NCBI GenBank assembly: GCA_002269645.1
Contig: NIVC01000247.1
Coordinates: 558,001-622,000, forward strand
Length of the DNA stretch: 64,000 nt
Reading direction: 5' to 3'
Source: Macrostomum lignano
Taxonomy: Eukaryota
Shown here piece by piece: positions 1 to 12,942 of this stretch. The notes under the pieces were generated by a model, which made no database searches, was not told the DNA's origin, and worked only from the letters and a program-made list of their open reading frames with translations. The translations under genes were made by a program, and so were the position numbers. Each line of letters opens with the position of its first letter. The stretch's first letter is position 1.

Positions 1-47
1 ACTCTCTGTGACGACGCAATTGACTCTGGGGCGTTTCTCTTCTTCAG

Positions 48-474
48 AGACTGTTGGTGGCCGGCCCGCAAGCTGGTGGCCTCGGCATTCGCCAAGTGCA
101 CCAGCTACGATCCCAAAGGCCGCATCCTGGTGCTGGACTCGGTGCCCAGCGGCGGCCTGCCCTGGAAGAGCCACCTGTACGAGCTGGAGCGGCAGGCTGA
201 CTGCCTTGGCCAGGTGCTGTTCGCGCTCTACAAGGACAACAACGGCAACTGGCGGGTGCAGGCGGTGCCACCGGACGAGACTCGCGGCTTCGAGAACCGG
301 CTGGCACTGCTGGCTGATTGGCGCGGTCTGCGCGACGACGAGCTGAACAAAGTCAGCGGCATCGATGGCTGCGTGTTTGTGCACAGCTCCGGCTTCATCG
401 GCGGCAACCGGAGCTTCGATGGAGCGCTGGAGATGGCGCGCAAGACCATCCAGATGCAGGACGGGGCTGCTTAG
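48..474 (+). CDS. MYG1: MYG1 (UPF0160 exonuclease) terminal coding exon
   Basis: Translation has the MYG1 C-terminal motifs WWPAR, WRVQAVP, WRGLRDDEL, SGIDGCVFVHSSGFIGGN and GALEMA. A polypyrimidine+AG acceptor (tttctcttcttcag) ends at 47; stop TAG at 472-474. Confidence 0.9.
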
Positions 475-535
475 TGATGGTTGCTAGGAAGGGAAGATAT
501 TTCGCATTGCCCAGACTTTATTGTGTCCCCAGTTC

Positions 536-536
536 C

Positions 537-569
<33 letters not shown>
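536..569. repeat. (CTGT)n microsatellite
   Basis: About 8 perfect CTGT units read directly from the sequence. Confidence 0.95.
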
Positions 570-2214
570 TAGTGTGTCTGTGTCTTTTCATATCATCTAA
601 GTTGGACAACTTGACATTTTTGTTTGCCCATGCTGAACCCAGCTTACAGTAGTCACTGTAATATCAATCCGTTATTTACTTTATCTGACGAAATGAGTGA
701 ATATAAGTCTAATTTATTATTCATTATTTATGAATTTTATCAATTATTAAATAACTACCGTTGCAAAGTTAGCTTTTAAAGTCTGTTAGTAAAGCTATCC
801 GTGTTGATTGAGTACATTAACCTGAGAGTGGCTGCAAGCAAATCTTGACAATTTTAGCTACGATTTGTTTGTTTTTTGCTGTAGTTAATTTTTAAATCGA
901 AGTTACCGCATGATTCTGTAATCATCCCAGTTTACTAGTTTTGCTAGTAGGCTTAGATATTTTTATTATTACTCGTATATACTAGGTAAGTATTGTCATC
1001 AATATGCCAAGTAATCGTGCTATGTTTACGTTTTTCTTTAATCTCTACTTAAACTGTTGCCGAGTGTTGTTTTAATAACAACAAAAAATACAGCAAAAAA
1101 TAAGTACCGGTGGTCTTATTTTTTAAAGAAAATGAGGCAGCTGATAACTTGATAAGATAAAAGTTTTACACGTTTTGTTATGTCCTGAAAATTTGGTTGT
1201 TGGACGAAGTGCCCTTACATTCACATCACCTAATTATCTCATCGGATCATCCTAACGAGGTATTAGAGTTCGGATGCGTTTAATTCACAAGCCTAGTAAC
1301 AATTGTTCGTTTCGGAATTGCAAATGTACTCAGCAACATTGAAAAGTCGCCACACTTTGCCCCAGTAAGCCAGTGTAAATTTCGACCACCGTCTGTGTAT
1401 CACCTGGCCAACAAATTTAACCGATTTGGCTAACCCGCGTTAAAATCTACTACGAGCCAATATAATGGTAGGTTTCATCAATCCACTGTGGCCTAACCTT
1501 GACCTGAACTTCATTTTCGTTGTGACATTGTCTTCTGAAAACGGCATGAAATTGCTTGCTTGATTGACCTCTCCGAAACTTTGTTTCATTCTTTGCGAGT
1601 TTTTTGTCTAGATTTCCGTAGGATGATAGATAGACAAGGTAAAAAGTTCAAACTAATTAAAACTTGTTGCGATAAGTGTGCTCAGTAAGTGCTCGCCATT
1701 TTCTCATTGTCAGCTGACACTGTGTTCAGTTCTGAGACCTTATAGCAACCCAGTTCTCATGCATGTACATACGCATTATAAGCCATAAGAAAATGCTTAT
1801 AAGTCACCTGGCCGAGGCTCGACGGCAACGAGAGGACCCAATGTGAGCCTGGAGCGAGGGGACAAAAGTTAAGAAATAGGCTTCAACTTGCGGACGCTGC
1901 AGCCTCTGTCGAAGGCACCCAACGTAGCTCGGCTCACACCAGCAGTACGCAGTACGCACATCGACAATCAGCCGCGATCAACCGCGTATCCGCATGTTGC
2001 TCGTTCGAGCCTACGAGTAGACGATATTTGTTTTATTGATGTGTTATTTTACGGCTGTACTTCATCACGAACCCCCTAAGTTTCATTTTTTTTATTTCTC
2101 GAAACCAATTTTTAGCGAAGAAATGAACACCGGCTTAAAACAGCATTTCTTTTTTATTTTGTATATTTTAAGGTTTTTAACGTTCGGTTTGCGTAATTTT
2201 CAGATATGCTGGAT

Positions 2215-2586
2215 TTAATTTTTTGTTTGATCCTCTGTTTGATGTTCCGTTCCAGTTGAGAAGTCCTTTAAGTAGAGCACACAATCTCCCGGATCAAAAA
2301 GCTCATCCAGGTGGTATCGTGCTTTTAAATACGCGTAGCAGATGCCATCAGCCGACTGGAACATTCCCAAGCAGTGCTGGTTCCTTGCGCACAGGTACAC
2401 ACATTCTTCAATCGGTCGCTCGCCGTAGGCTTTTAGAACTTGCTGCAGAGACGTTGACGTTTTTAGACAGAAAGATTTTCTGCTCAACTTGATCCGAGTT
2501 GTTACTCCCTCTGAGCAGCTGCCTGTTTCAGTTGGTGCCAACAGCACTGAACTCAGTAGTAGGGTTGGACATACAAGAGCAGGCAT
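2215..2586 (-). CDS. Small secreted Cys-rich protein, PAN/apple-like domain
   Basis: ATG-initiated 123-aa ORF with a hydrophobic N-terminus (PTLLLSSVLLA) and PAN-like Cys spacing (EECVYLCARNQHCLGMFQSADGICY). Confidence 0.45.
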   Translation of the reverse strand: MPALVCPTLLLSSVLLAPTETGSCSEGVTTRIKLSRKSFCLKTSTSLQQVLKAYGERPIEECVYLCARNQHCLGMFQSADGICYAYLKARYHLDELFDPGDCVLYLKDFSTGTEHQTEDQTKN

Positions 2587-4269
2587 ACTGTGTAGCTAGC
2601 TCGTATGCTTTGCAACAAAAGCATACCATCAACCGCGGCTTCCAGGAATCAGCTCGCTTAAAAATATCAACCGCGATGACTTAGATATCTAATCTGATTC
2701 GTCAGTCGTCTGCATTAGCCAATAGACAGGCTCAAAGTTATGAGGCTACAGATTTAAGTGGGAAAAAATCCAACGTGAAATCGGTGTTGTCAACATGATT
2801 AATTGCGGCTTTTTAACCTAGTTTATACCATAGCATTTTTCAAGCCAATAGAGCCTAGGAGCCAGCAATTTAATCCTTAGTGGGAGAATCAAGCTATTAA
2901 AGATTTGCTTTTCATCGTCTATGACCCGAAAGGGGGGTCTATGGAGTTGGGCGCGCTATCAAATTTGATAATTTGATAATTTGGGCGCGCTATTAATCCC
3001 TTTGATGGGTTTCGACCTTCCGGCCCCCTTGTGGGGAAGCCTTCGGGCCTCAGGTCTCAGAAATAAATCAATTAGAGTCCTGGCCCCCCACTCCTGTCAG
3101 ATAGTCATCCCCATGGTAGCTTGATCGTGTGGCGAGCAGTCTAGGTCCTATAGCTAAGAGAGGGACAGCGAGAGACAAGCAGGGAGAATTTTGAAGGTAG
3201 AAATTAGTTAATCCGCAGATTATCATACTCGCTGCCACCAGCCCGTACGTCCTGGCTCACCACACCGGGACTCTCGAAATCGGGCTTCCGACTAGAGGGG
3301 GCTTAGCACTTACCAGCCAACTAGTGTCTTTTTGCTGTCAATCTCGAAGTCATAGCCGATGATAAGGGACACTGCTGGGACTAGATCGCATTGGCCATGC
3401 AGGTACAGAGGGGACTTGTGCAGGGGATTCTTGCAGTGGCGAGTCTATGGGGTAGCTACAGGTACTATTACATTGCTAAATACGAAGAATTGTACTTTTG
3501 GCCTTCAACGCGCCAACTAGCATCTCATAGCGCTGATGATAGACTAACTCGAACTTCAGAGACCGCATGATTCATCACCCGAGCCGCTTGGCTTAACCTA
3601 GAGTGCACAAAGCACATCTCTGGAGCCGATTCTGCACTATTGGCAAATTCGCTAACTGATTTGATAGATTGATCGACTGAGAACTGCCTTGCCATTGGTC
3701 CACTGTGACCGGCGCCTACTTAGGTTAGCTACTCATCTGGGCCATCGGCGAACAAAGAAATAAAACTGATAAAAATAACTGTCAGATTTAACCTCCTTTT
3801 AAATCACTTCACACCTCAGATTGAATTGTAGTTTCAGACTACTAGCAGTATTATTGAATGATTTCTGCCTCAGTAACAGCACTACTGGACAAAATGAGCA
3901 AAAGTGTGCGCCTAATCCAGCTACTGAAACAGGGGACAGATAGGGAATCACCCAATCAAGCAAGTCTAGGTAGCCTCTCACCCAACCAATCAGAAACTCA
4001 ACAGCCGGAGACCAGGTAATCCACAGTGACCGAATCGGCTTGATGCTTCGCAGCTGTAGACCCGGGATGATGCTGATGTCACGGTCTTCGCAGATAGCTA
4101 GCAGGTGATGCTCTTAACTTTGATGTTCGCTGCTGATGACCGGGGGGACTCGTCCTTGATGATGATGGGGGAAGTCGCAATCCGGGGATCAAGAAATGAC
4201 GGTCGCGCTCCGGGATGTCTCAAGCTAGGCTAAGGTCCCAGGCGGTCCAGGTCCGAGCGGGCCAAAAAC

Positions 4270-4410
4270 ACCGGTTTAAATAGCCGCCAACTGGACCACA
4301 GTTTGTTATAATGGAGCACGTCGATTCTGATTGGCTGAGCCGTTTTGTTAAAATAAGCGCCGAATTTTCTGATTGGCTAAGCTTGTTGCTACCCAGAATC
4401 ACGTGACCGG
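4270..4410 (-). promoter_or_regulatory. Promoter-like cluster (two CCAAT boxes, CACGTG E-box, TATA-like), possibly part of an LTR or other TE
   Basis: Two CTGATTGGCT motifs (about 4328 and 4369), CACGTG at about 4400 and TTTAAATAG at about 4274. No downstream gene identified. Confidence 0.25.
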
Positions 4411-4944
4411 GAGTTCCTATCAGTTCCCACAGGGTCGTAAAAAGAGGACAGGTGCGGCCATAAATCACGCCGGGGCTGTTGCCCCCAGGACCCCGGGTCC
4501 TGCACGTAATGGCGTGGTGAACTATCTGTGCAGTATGAGACTGGTATGGCCTTTATCCCAGCCAGCGATGCTCACACCTGCCTCCCCTGGCGGGCTGATA
4601 GCTCAAGAGACTCTGTCTCCTGATTTTCACCTTGCAAGGCGCACTTCGAAGGGTACTCGTCCCGTGGGTGTTAAGGCAGGCCCCCTTGGGCCCTGCCGAG
4701 CTGATTCGTTGGCGCCGGGTCCTGGTGTGACCATAAACGCACCCTCTAATGTCCCAGTGTAACTCCGTGCTGATGGACGCTTGGCCAGGGAGTAGTCTGG
4801 TCGCTAACGGTTCCCCTTGCGCTTTTGGGTCCCCCCGCAGGGTGGTATTTTGCTTTTTGGGGGCCTGCCGCTTGGTTTGGGGTTGCGGCCTTGCGGCTCT
4901 TTGCCTGTGTTCTGCAGGAAGTCCCACCTTTTTACTTCCAGCCA

Positions 4945-6464
4945 ATGGCTTCTAACCGAAGAAATCAACCGGCTGTGGATGACACAGTGCCTCCGGCCTC
5001 GGCTGGGGCCGTGGACTCCTCGGCCATACCACCTGCTACCATCGGGGACGCCTCGGCGAGACCCGTGGAGCCAACTCTGAGCGGTGCCTCCGAGAAGACA
5101 CCTGCTACTCCAGCTGCTAAGAAACGCAGCACCACCTCTGGAGCTGCCCGCCGTCGACTTAACAAGGCGAGGCGGGCCAAGGAGGGCGGAAGCCAAACCG
5201 GTGCCAGGGGCCAACGGCCCGCGGCAGCGGAAGCTTCCCAGTCTGGGGCGGTGGCGGAAGAGGGCCTCGAGCCCACGGAAGCCCCTGCCCAGGATAGGGA
5301 GGCCGATGCAGCCGGGAGGGTGGACAGCCCACCTGAAGAAAGCTCCACTGACCCCCGGGCCTCCTACGCTGATGCGGCAAAGAGGCAACCGGCGGTTGTC
5401 ATCCTGGGAAAGGACGCGCGCCTGTCTCCCGATCAGCTGAAGCAGGTGAGAAGTGCCGTTGATGGCCTCCTGTGGAAGCAAACTCTGAAGGGCACGCCTC
5501 TGAACATTCATTCGAATGCGACGAGGGACTCGTGCCTTCTCATTTGGCCCAGTGATGCTGACTCGGGTCGGCGGCTCCTTGAGCTGCTGCCCGAGCAGAG
5601 CTGGGACCTCAACCTAGCCTTCTGCAGAGAGGACGAGCGCCCCCGGACCAAGAGGCATCGAATCTGGGTCCCGGCCAGGAGCGTTGTTACCTCTGCTGAC
5701 GAGCTCCGGAAAGGACTGCTAGCAGTCAACCGGGAGCTTCCCGCCGCGGGCCTAGTGGTGCATGACACCCTTAAGCGCACCGACGGCACTGGCTTCACAG
5801 CCATCCTGGGGCTGTCGGACGCCTGGATGAGGCGTTATCCACACGGCAGCTTCATCAACGTCGGCCTTTGGAAGCTGCGCATCCGCTCCTACGAGGCCGA
5901 CCCTCCCCGTGGCAGTGAGCAGGGCGGGCGGGATGCGGAGGCGGCCGGGGCCGAGGCGCAAGCCTCTGCTCAGACTGCCAAAGCAAACCGCCCTGCCCGG
6001 CAGCACGGCCGCGCGGGCAAAGCTGAGCGCGCTGCTGAGGGCGGAGGCGACCGACGCCCGGCGCGCAGCACCAAGCGGCGCGGCCTGTACCAGCGTGCAG
6101 CTGAGGCAGTCCGTACCGCCAAAATCTCCCAGCTGAGGCGAGAGGTCGCCGGGACGCCTAGGCGCACCAGTTCGTCCAGGGAGGGTGGGGACGTCCCAGC
6201 TGGGCCCAACCCCTCGGGGCAGGGCCGACTGGAGACGGACCCGCCTGCCCAGGCGGCGGCTGCTCCAGGGCATTGGGCCAATCTGAGGCGGAGGACCCCA
6301 TGGATGGTGGGCAAAGGGCGGCGAACGCTGCCTACTGCCTTCCGGCCAATCGGGGGCCTTTTGCTGAAGAAGAGCCCATGGACACCGGCGACCCCGACCC
6401 GAAGCCGGTGAGCGCCGAGGAGGAGGAGGAACTCCTGGCGGCTGCAACATCCGATCTGCAATGA
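4945..6464 (+). CDS. Retrotransposon ORF1 (gag-like nucleic-acid-binding protein), one frameshift near 6250-6270
   Basis: Long ORF from ATG 4945 (MASNRRN) with a SYADAAK motif and basic/acidic low-complexity tracts. The acidic C-terminus lies in another frame (6273-6464), and its TGA overlaps the ORF2 ATG. Confidence 0.75.
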
Positions 6465-9400
6465 TGCCAGCGACTACCTGGTGTCTGCAGATCAACACCC
6501 AGCACTGCGTGGCGGCGTCGGTCAACCTGATGCGCACGGCAGAGCAACAGCTTCCGGGCCTGGTCTTCGTACAGGAGCCCTGGATGACTAAAGGTAAGCC
6601 AAATAATGTGCCATCTGGCTACCACTGTTTTTGCATGGCGGGCTCTCAGCCTCGCCCAAGATCTTTGGTCTTTGCTGCAAAAGCTTTTGAGGCATGGATG
6701 AGACCTGATCTCTCGACTGGGGACATCTGTGTTGTTCAAATCAATAACCTCATTCCCAATAAACCTGTGCTGGTAGCTTCTGCCTATTTCCCGGGCGATG
6801 CCCCAGTTGTCTGCGACGCGTTAGTCAACCTTACTGACTATGCTGCGTCCCATCGGTTCGAGCTGCTCATTGCAGGGGATGTGAACGCACACCACCTGCA
6901 TTGGGGCAGCAAGAACATCAATAGCAGAGGCGAGGAGCTGCTGGCCTATGTCAGCAGCACTAACCTCAACTTCTGTAACGTGGGCAATGCACCAACGTTC
7001 AATAATGGGCGGTGGGCCGAAGTCATCGACACCACCATCGCCTCACCCGGACTGCTTTCCGCAGTTACGGGCTGGCGAGTGTGGGACGAGGACTCGCTCT
7101 CGGACCACCGCTTTATCCGCTTTTGCATTGGGCCGACCAAGCAAAAGCCTAAGGTCACTTGGAGTCGGAACGTCAGGAACACCGATTGGGCCGCCTTTGG
7201 CTCGAAGCTGAGCCGCGGCCTTCGGGATCTTGACCCCCCAGTGACCTCTCTGACTGCCAGGTGGTGGACGATCTCGCCTCCTCCCTGGGCGGGGCGATCA
7301 CCACTGCCTTTGAAGCAGCCTGCCCCCTAAAGGCCTATAAAGGCAAGAAATCTGCTCCCTGGTGGAACCCAGAGCTCGGGCCCCTTCGGCGCCGAGCCAG
7401 GACCCTCCAAAGGCGAGCGCTCAAAACCAAAGACCCATCTGACAGAGAGGCCTATACCCGTGCGATCCACGAGTTTAAGGGCCAAGTCAGAAGGGCCAAG
7501 ACGGCCAGTGGCGCCAATATTGCGAAGGGCTTGAGGGCTCTCGCCCCGTAGCCCGCGTGGTTAAGGCACTCACTAATGACCGTTTTTCTAAACTCTCTGT
7601 TGTGAAGAGACCTGACGGCTCGGTCACAGAGAGTTCGGAAGAGACTCTAGAGCTCATGCTCAACAGTTTTTTCCCTAAATCTCCGACTCAGCAGGGCCCG
7701 CCCGACCACACAGTGGAGGGCAAGGCCTAGCAAAGTCTATGATCACCAAAGACCGCATTATTAGAGCGGCAAGGTCCTTTAACCCGTTCAAGGCGCCTGG
7801 GCCCGACGGCATCTACCCAGCGTTCTTGCACGAGGCGGTGAAAAACCACCGCTTCCTGGACCTGCTCTGTCGTCTCCTTCGAGCTTGTGTGGAGCTGGGC
7901 TATGTACCAGTTGCATGGAGAGAGGCCCGGGTGGTCTTTATCCCCAAGCCTGGAAAGAGCGACTACCAATCGGTGAAGGCCTTCAGGCCTATCAGCCTCA
8001 CTTCTTTCTGCCTCAAGCTCCTCGAGAGACTGGTGCTTTGGCGCCTACTTTCGGTCGAGCTGAAGCGCTTCCCACTCTCGCAGAACCAGCACGCCTTCCG
8101 CGCGGGCAGGTCAACCGAGAGTGCTCTCCATGTCATTGTTGACTTCCTGGAGAGGGCCGTTCTTGGCAGCGGCTTTGCCCTCTCGCTTTTCCTGGACATT
8201 GAGGGGGCCTTCGACAACGTCATCTTCGAGGCCTTTTGCAGAGCCCTGGAATCCAGGGCCACGCACCCTCACCTTGTCCGGTGGATCATGTTCATGATCC
8301 GAAACCGCACTGTTGTGGCCCACCTGAGCGGCAGCTCTCTTTCGGTGCCTGTCCTGAAAGGGGGCCCCCAGGGCGGCGTTCTCACCCCCGTTCTCTGGAA
8401 CATGGTCATGGATGAGTTGCTTTGCAGTGATCTCCACGACCCCATTCTCAAGGTGGGCTATGCCGATGATGTGACCGCGATATGCGCGGGCCCCTCGGTT
8501 GATACCATCAGAGACCTTCTGCAGGGCTTTCTGGGACGAGCGGAGCGTTGGGCAGACCAATGTGGCCTTAGACTCTCAGAGTCGAAAACCACAGCAGTCA
8601 TGTTTACCAACAAACTGCTCTGGACCATTAAGCCCCTTACCCTCTATGGAAAGAATATTTCCATGGAGAAGCAGGTCCGCTGCCTGGGCCTCACTCTGGA
8701 CCACAGGCTTAACTGGACTCCGCACATTCAAACTAAAGCCAAAAAAGCCCTGGCTGTACTGGCTCAGATCAGGCGCGCCGTGGGCACCACCTGGGGGCTC
8801 ACCCCCAGGAAGCTGTGGTGGATTTACACTGCCATCATCCGCCCCTCGATCAGTTACGCCAGCCTCGTGTGGGCTAGCGGCCTGAGCGTCAAGAGCAACC
8901 TCGACGCTCTCTACAAAATCCAGGGCAGAGCCTGCCGCATGACTATGGGCGCTCCACCCTCTACTCCTTTTGAAGGCATGAATGCCTTCCTCTGTGCCCC
9001 TCCTTTGGATATTTATATCAAAGGAGAGGCGGCGAAGAGCACCCGGCGTCTTCTGGATGCTGGGGTGGCCTTCAAGAAAGTGCGGGCCTTTAAGAAGCGG
9101 TCGCTTATCCCGCACTCTGACCTCTGCCTCAAGGCTCTCGAGGAGTGTGGCGGGCTCAACATCCTCACGGACTCGATCCCAGCCACCCTTCTCCTGAGCC
9201 AAAGGTATAAGGTCACCATTCAGCCTCGACACGAGGCGAGTGACAGCTGGAGCGACTCTGAAGTCCACTGTTACACTGACGGCTCTATGAGGCATGGTCT
9301 TTCAGGCTTCGGAGCTTGCGTCTTCTTCAAGGGAGAAGTGGTGTGGAGCTACTCCCAGCACACTGGGCTCAACTCCAGTGTTTTTCAGAGCGAGGTGCTT

Positions 9401-10162
9401 GCCATCAGCTCCTGCGCGGCAGAGCTGCGCCGAAGGCAGCTTAGCGGCCGGAAATTTATTTTTCACTCTGACAGCCAAGCAGCCCTTCGGGCCCTCTGCC
9501 GCAGCACCGCCAGCTCCAGGTCCGTCCTGGACTGCAACACCCAGCTCAACGGGCTTGCGCTAGGCAACCAGGTGGAGCTCAGATGGATCCCGGGCCACGC
9601 CGGCTTCCTCGGCAACGAGCGCGCTGACCTGCTGGCCAAGGCTGGCTCCGCCGGCGCGCTATTGGGGCCGGGCCCGGGTGCCCCCATCCCCGCCTCGGTG
9701 ATCAATTCCCGCGTTAAGCGCTGGGCTGACTCCGAGCATCTCCGCAGGTGGCACGACACCCGAAATTGTAGGCAATCCCGTGCTGCCGTCCCCTGTCCCT
9801 CTCCTCTCCTGCGTAGAGCCCTCCTCAGGCTCAACCGCAGAGACCTCAGAGCAGTTAGCATGGCCCTCTCCGGGCATGGCTGCTTCTCTCGCCACCGCTT
9901 CCTTCAGGGCCAAGTACCCGAGGAGCGGTGCCCCTTCTGCCGCTCAGGCAGTGAAAACGCCGAGCATTTTATCTGCCACTGCCCGGTTTTCACCAGGGCC
10001 AGGCTTACTCACCTCGGGCCAAACCCGGTTCTCTCCGACGTTTGCAGGCCCGAGAGCATCCCGCTGCTCGCCCGGTACCTCAGGGACACCGGACGAGCTG
10101 ATTTCTTCCCCACCGTCGGTGAGGAGGACCGCGCTGCAGGCGAGACCGACGGGTCCCCCTGA
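6461..10162 (+). CDS. Retrotransposon ORF2: AP endonuclease, reverse transcriptase, RNase H, CCHC finger; split by about 3 frameshifts between 7250 and 7740
   Basis: APE motifs VQEPW, GDVNAHH and SDH; RT motifs KAPGPDG, FRPISL, GGPQGGVLTP and YADD; RNase H motifs CYTDGS, SDSQAA and WIPGHAGFLGNERAD; CPFCRSGSENAEHFICHC. Confidence 0.93.
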
Positions 10163-12942
10163 GCGACACCACTTCAACGGAAGTCGTTGGTCGCCAGGGG
10201 CTAGCGGAATGGGCGGTCTCCTCCGCCTCCTCGCTGCATCCGCCGGACGCCCCCTGCAGCTAAGTCAAGTAAGTCAGGCCATAAATCACTCAAAATCGCA
10301 ACAAAATGATTTATGACTTTTCGCGCAGGATTGACAGAAATTAATGGAAAAATATACATTAGAAAGCTCTTACTAAATAGAAAGTATTGAAAATGAAGAG
10401 AAATCGCTCATCGCTAATTCCAAAGTACTTTTAGGGGTAAAACGCATAGCTGTCAAAGCTGTCACACGCTTGAGTGAACACGAACAATAGGCTCTGACCT
10501 CATAAATCTTGATGGCCTGTCAAAATGATGAGAAAAAAGCTACCGCCCGCATCCTCTCAGACCATCTGGCGCCCGCCTCAACACTGAGTGAGGCGCAGGT
10601 GGCTGTCAGACCAGCTTTGAAAGCGATGATTTATGACCCACAAAGCTGCGCCTACGTTATTATGACTACTAGTTCGACGAGACATTATATCTAGTATAGA
10701 TTCTATGACTATTCGCAGGAAAAGGATAAAAATGCCCATTGCCCACTGTTAGTAGTCTAGTAAGTTTAGAGCCCGTGTGCTAGCGCAGGGTTTGGAAAAA
10801 AGTGCGTCCTCATCACTTTCCACAGTTGTGCAAGCCTTAAGACCATAGAAAATAACAGATTTCAGTAGACAAACATAGATATGGCAGACGAAGAATTTAG
10901 CGAGCAGAGCAGTGACCAAAGTTTAGCTACAGCCAAAGATGGAGGACAATCCACCGCCAGAGACAACTCTGCTCGAGTGGCGCGTACTCGTTCTTCATCG
11001 GATTGCGGAGGAGGTAATGGCTGAGATCACAGTAGCCAAATGCGGTGGCTGGTTTCGGCAGATGCTTCGCTTCATCCCGCGCTGCTTAAACGAGGAAGAA
11101 ATTTTCTGAACATTGATCGGGTTTGATTTCAATCTGTCCAACACTGTTTTGAGAGACACGATTGCTTGTTCACGCCATATACTGTATGCCATGATTTTTC
11201 CTTTGCCTGTTTTGATTGGTTTCTCTGAAATCAAAGTGTTAATGTGAATCGTTTTTTGGTATGCCATCAGCTATTTGCAGACGTTATTTCAGTGAAGTTA
11301 TTCGTGAAGGATGTACGAGCACTGTGAAAAGGATTAACTACGCGCCCAGATTCTCAAATTGTTTGCTCCATAGACCCCCCCCCATTTTGGGCCATAGACA
11401 ATGAAAAACAAGTCTTCAATCTCTTAAACCACATACGCAACTATGCATTGTCCCATAGATATTTGCATTGCTTCACATAAGGCAATAACTGGGGTTGTTT
11501 AACCTGCTGACTTGGTAATAGACAGTCGTGGGTGTAAATTTATTTAACAAAGCAATGGAAAAATTAAACGCGACAACAGTTTAGAGTTTTTTTGTTCAAA
11601 ACAGTAAGTTTGAATTTTCGAAGCCGGTGAACTATCACTTGGAAAAAGTAAAAGAGCAGTTCTCGAACTTGCACTCTGTGAATATAGATCCCATGCAACT
11701 CGTGACACCGATTGATCGATTGGATTGCTGCCGGCGTAGCAACCGCAGGTTCAAGTGATTCGCCGTAGGTAGGTTCAATTGCCGATGCTGAAGTTAACGA
11801 CGGACCAGCACTGCTTGCAGACTTCACGAGAGCCTGGCCGATGGACGATGAAGTTGCTTCGTTTTGCTGCCCAGAAATGCACATTATGTCACTAAGTACA
11901 AAACCAGAGTCCTTCAGGTCAGGAATTCGGGTCACTCGAATACAATGATTAGTATAGGTCTTCGACAAAAGACACACTTTGCTCAGTCTTTGCATAGTTG
12001 AGCCGAGCCAGTTGATGCCTGGACGATTAAAGTCATGCAGTGCTGCTGTACACCTGTGCGAGCGTGCGTTCTGCGTACACAAAGAGCGAACAGATCCTGT
12101 TGATGTTGAGGAAACCACCGACTGCTTTCATGAAGCGCAACTCCTACATACATGTATTCAATTCGGTGCTTCATACCCGCTCTCTAACAAAAATCCATGC
12201 GCTGATCAACTCTACATATTCAAGTTGGTGTTTACCCTCTCTCGCCCCTACAGAATCAATTTGAAATCCGAGCTCGAGAATATAAAGAAATGAGAGTCTT
12301 GAGCAGGTGGGAAGACATTGGAAAACACGTGTGGGGTGTCGGAAATCGACCGTGCTGCACCCTACCGAATGATATGAATTTTCATGGAGAGTTCACGGCT
12401 GCTGGAAACGGATCAACACACGCGGCCACGTGCAGGGCGGGGGGATCGCAGCTGTCTACAGCGGCTCTGAGGCCAAGAGCTGTGACCCACTCGTTCACAG
12501 TCGCTGTCCTTAATGGGTGACGCAAGCCTATTTACATGTAGCTGCATATTACTGGCCAACTCTAATCAAATCAAATATTTATGTTATTACGAACTTCCTT
12601 GCGTTGAATCGAGAAACCTTGTAGGTTTTTCTGTCTGAGCTTGTACATGTAAAAAGCTTCAGTTAAACCTTTACGAACTTTTATTTTGAACCTTGGTTAG
12701 CGAAATTCAGCAGCAGATGTTTGAAGACAGAATCCATCTTAAACATTTTCTTGTGTCTGACAGTGAATTGTTCTAACATTCATTCTATGCGAGGTCGCGT
12801 CTTTTTGTACTCCGGCTTTCACGCGGAACCAGCTGAGCTGTCTGTCAAAAACAACTTTCCCGGCAGCTTTGCAAAGGTAATCATTTCGAAAATAACTTCG
12901 TCAACAGGCTTGGGCCGGTGTTATTAGTACATTTCAAATTTA

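Larger units (their letters stand above)
4469..10276 (+). mobile_element. Full-length non-LTR retrotransposon (LOA/R1-I group, with RNase H)
   Basis: Flanked by the direct repeat GGCCATAAATCAC at 4456-4468 and 10277-10289 (13-bp TSD). Contains ORF1 and ORF2 (APE, RT, RNase H, CCHC). Ends in a short TAAGTCAAGTAAGTCA tail. Confidence 0.93.

Noticed and set aside
4469-4620. HDV-like ribozyme at the LINE 5' end
   Set aside because: Manual folding gave hairpins but not the double-pseudoknot with abutting P3/P1 strands. An RNArobo or Infernal search would be decisive.
10200-10240. HDV-like ribozyme (GCGGAATGGG and GCCTCCTCGCTG resemble HDV J4/2-P2 and P3-L3)
   Set aside because: The motifs are in reverse order, P3 cannot close, and no P1/P1.1 can be built. 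A simple nested hairpin explains the conservation.
10500-12520. Several 60-184 aa ORFs after the LINE
   Set aside because: No recognisable motifs, non-ATG or weak starts, and overlapping antisense frames.
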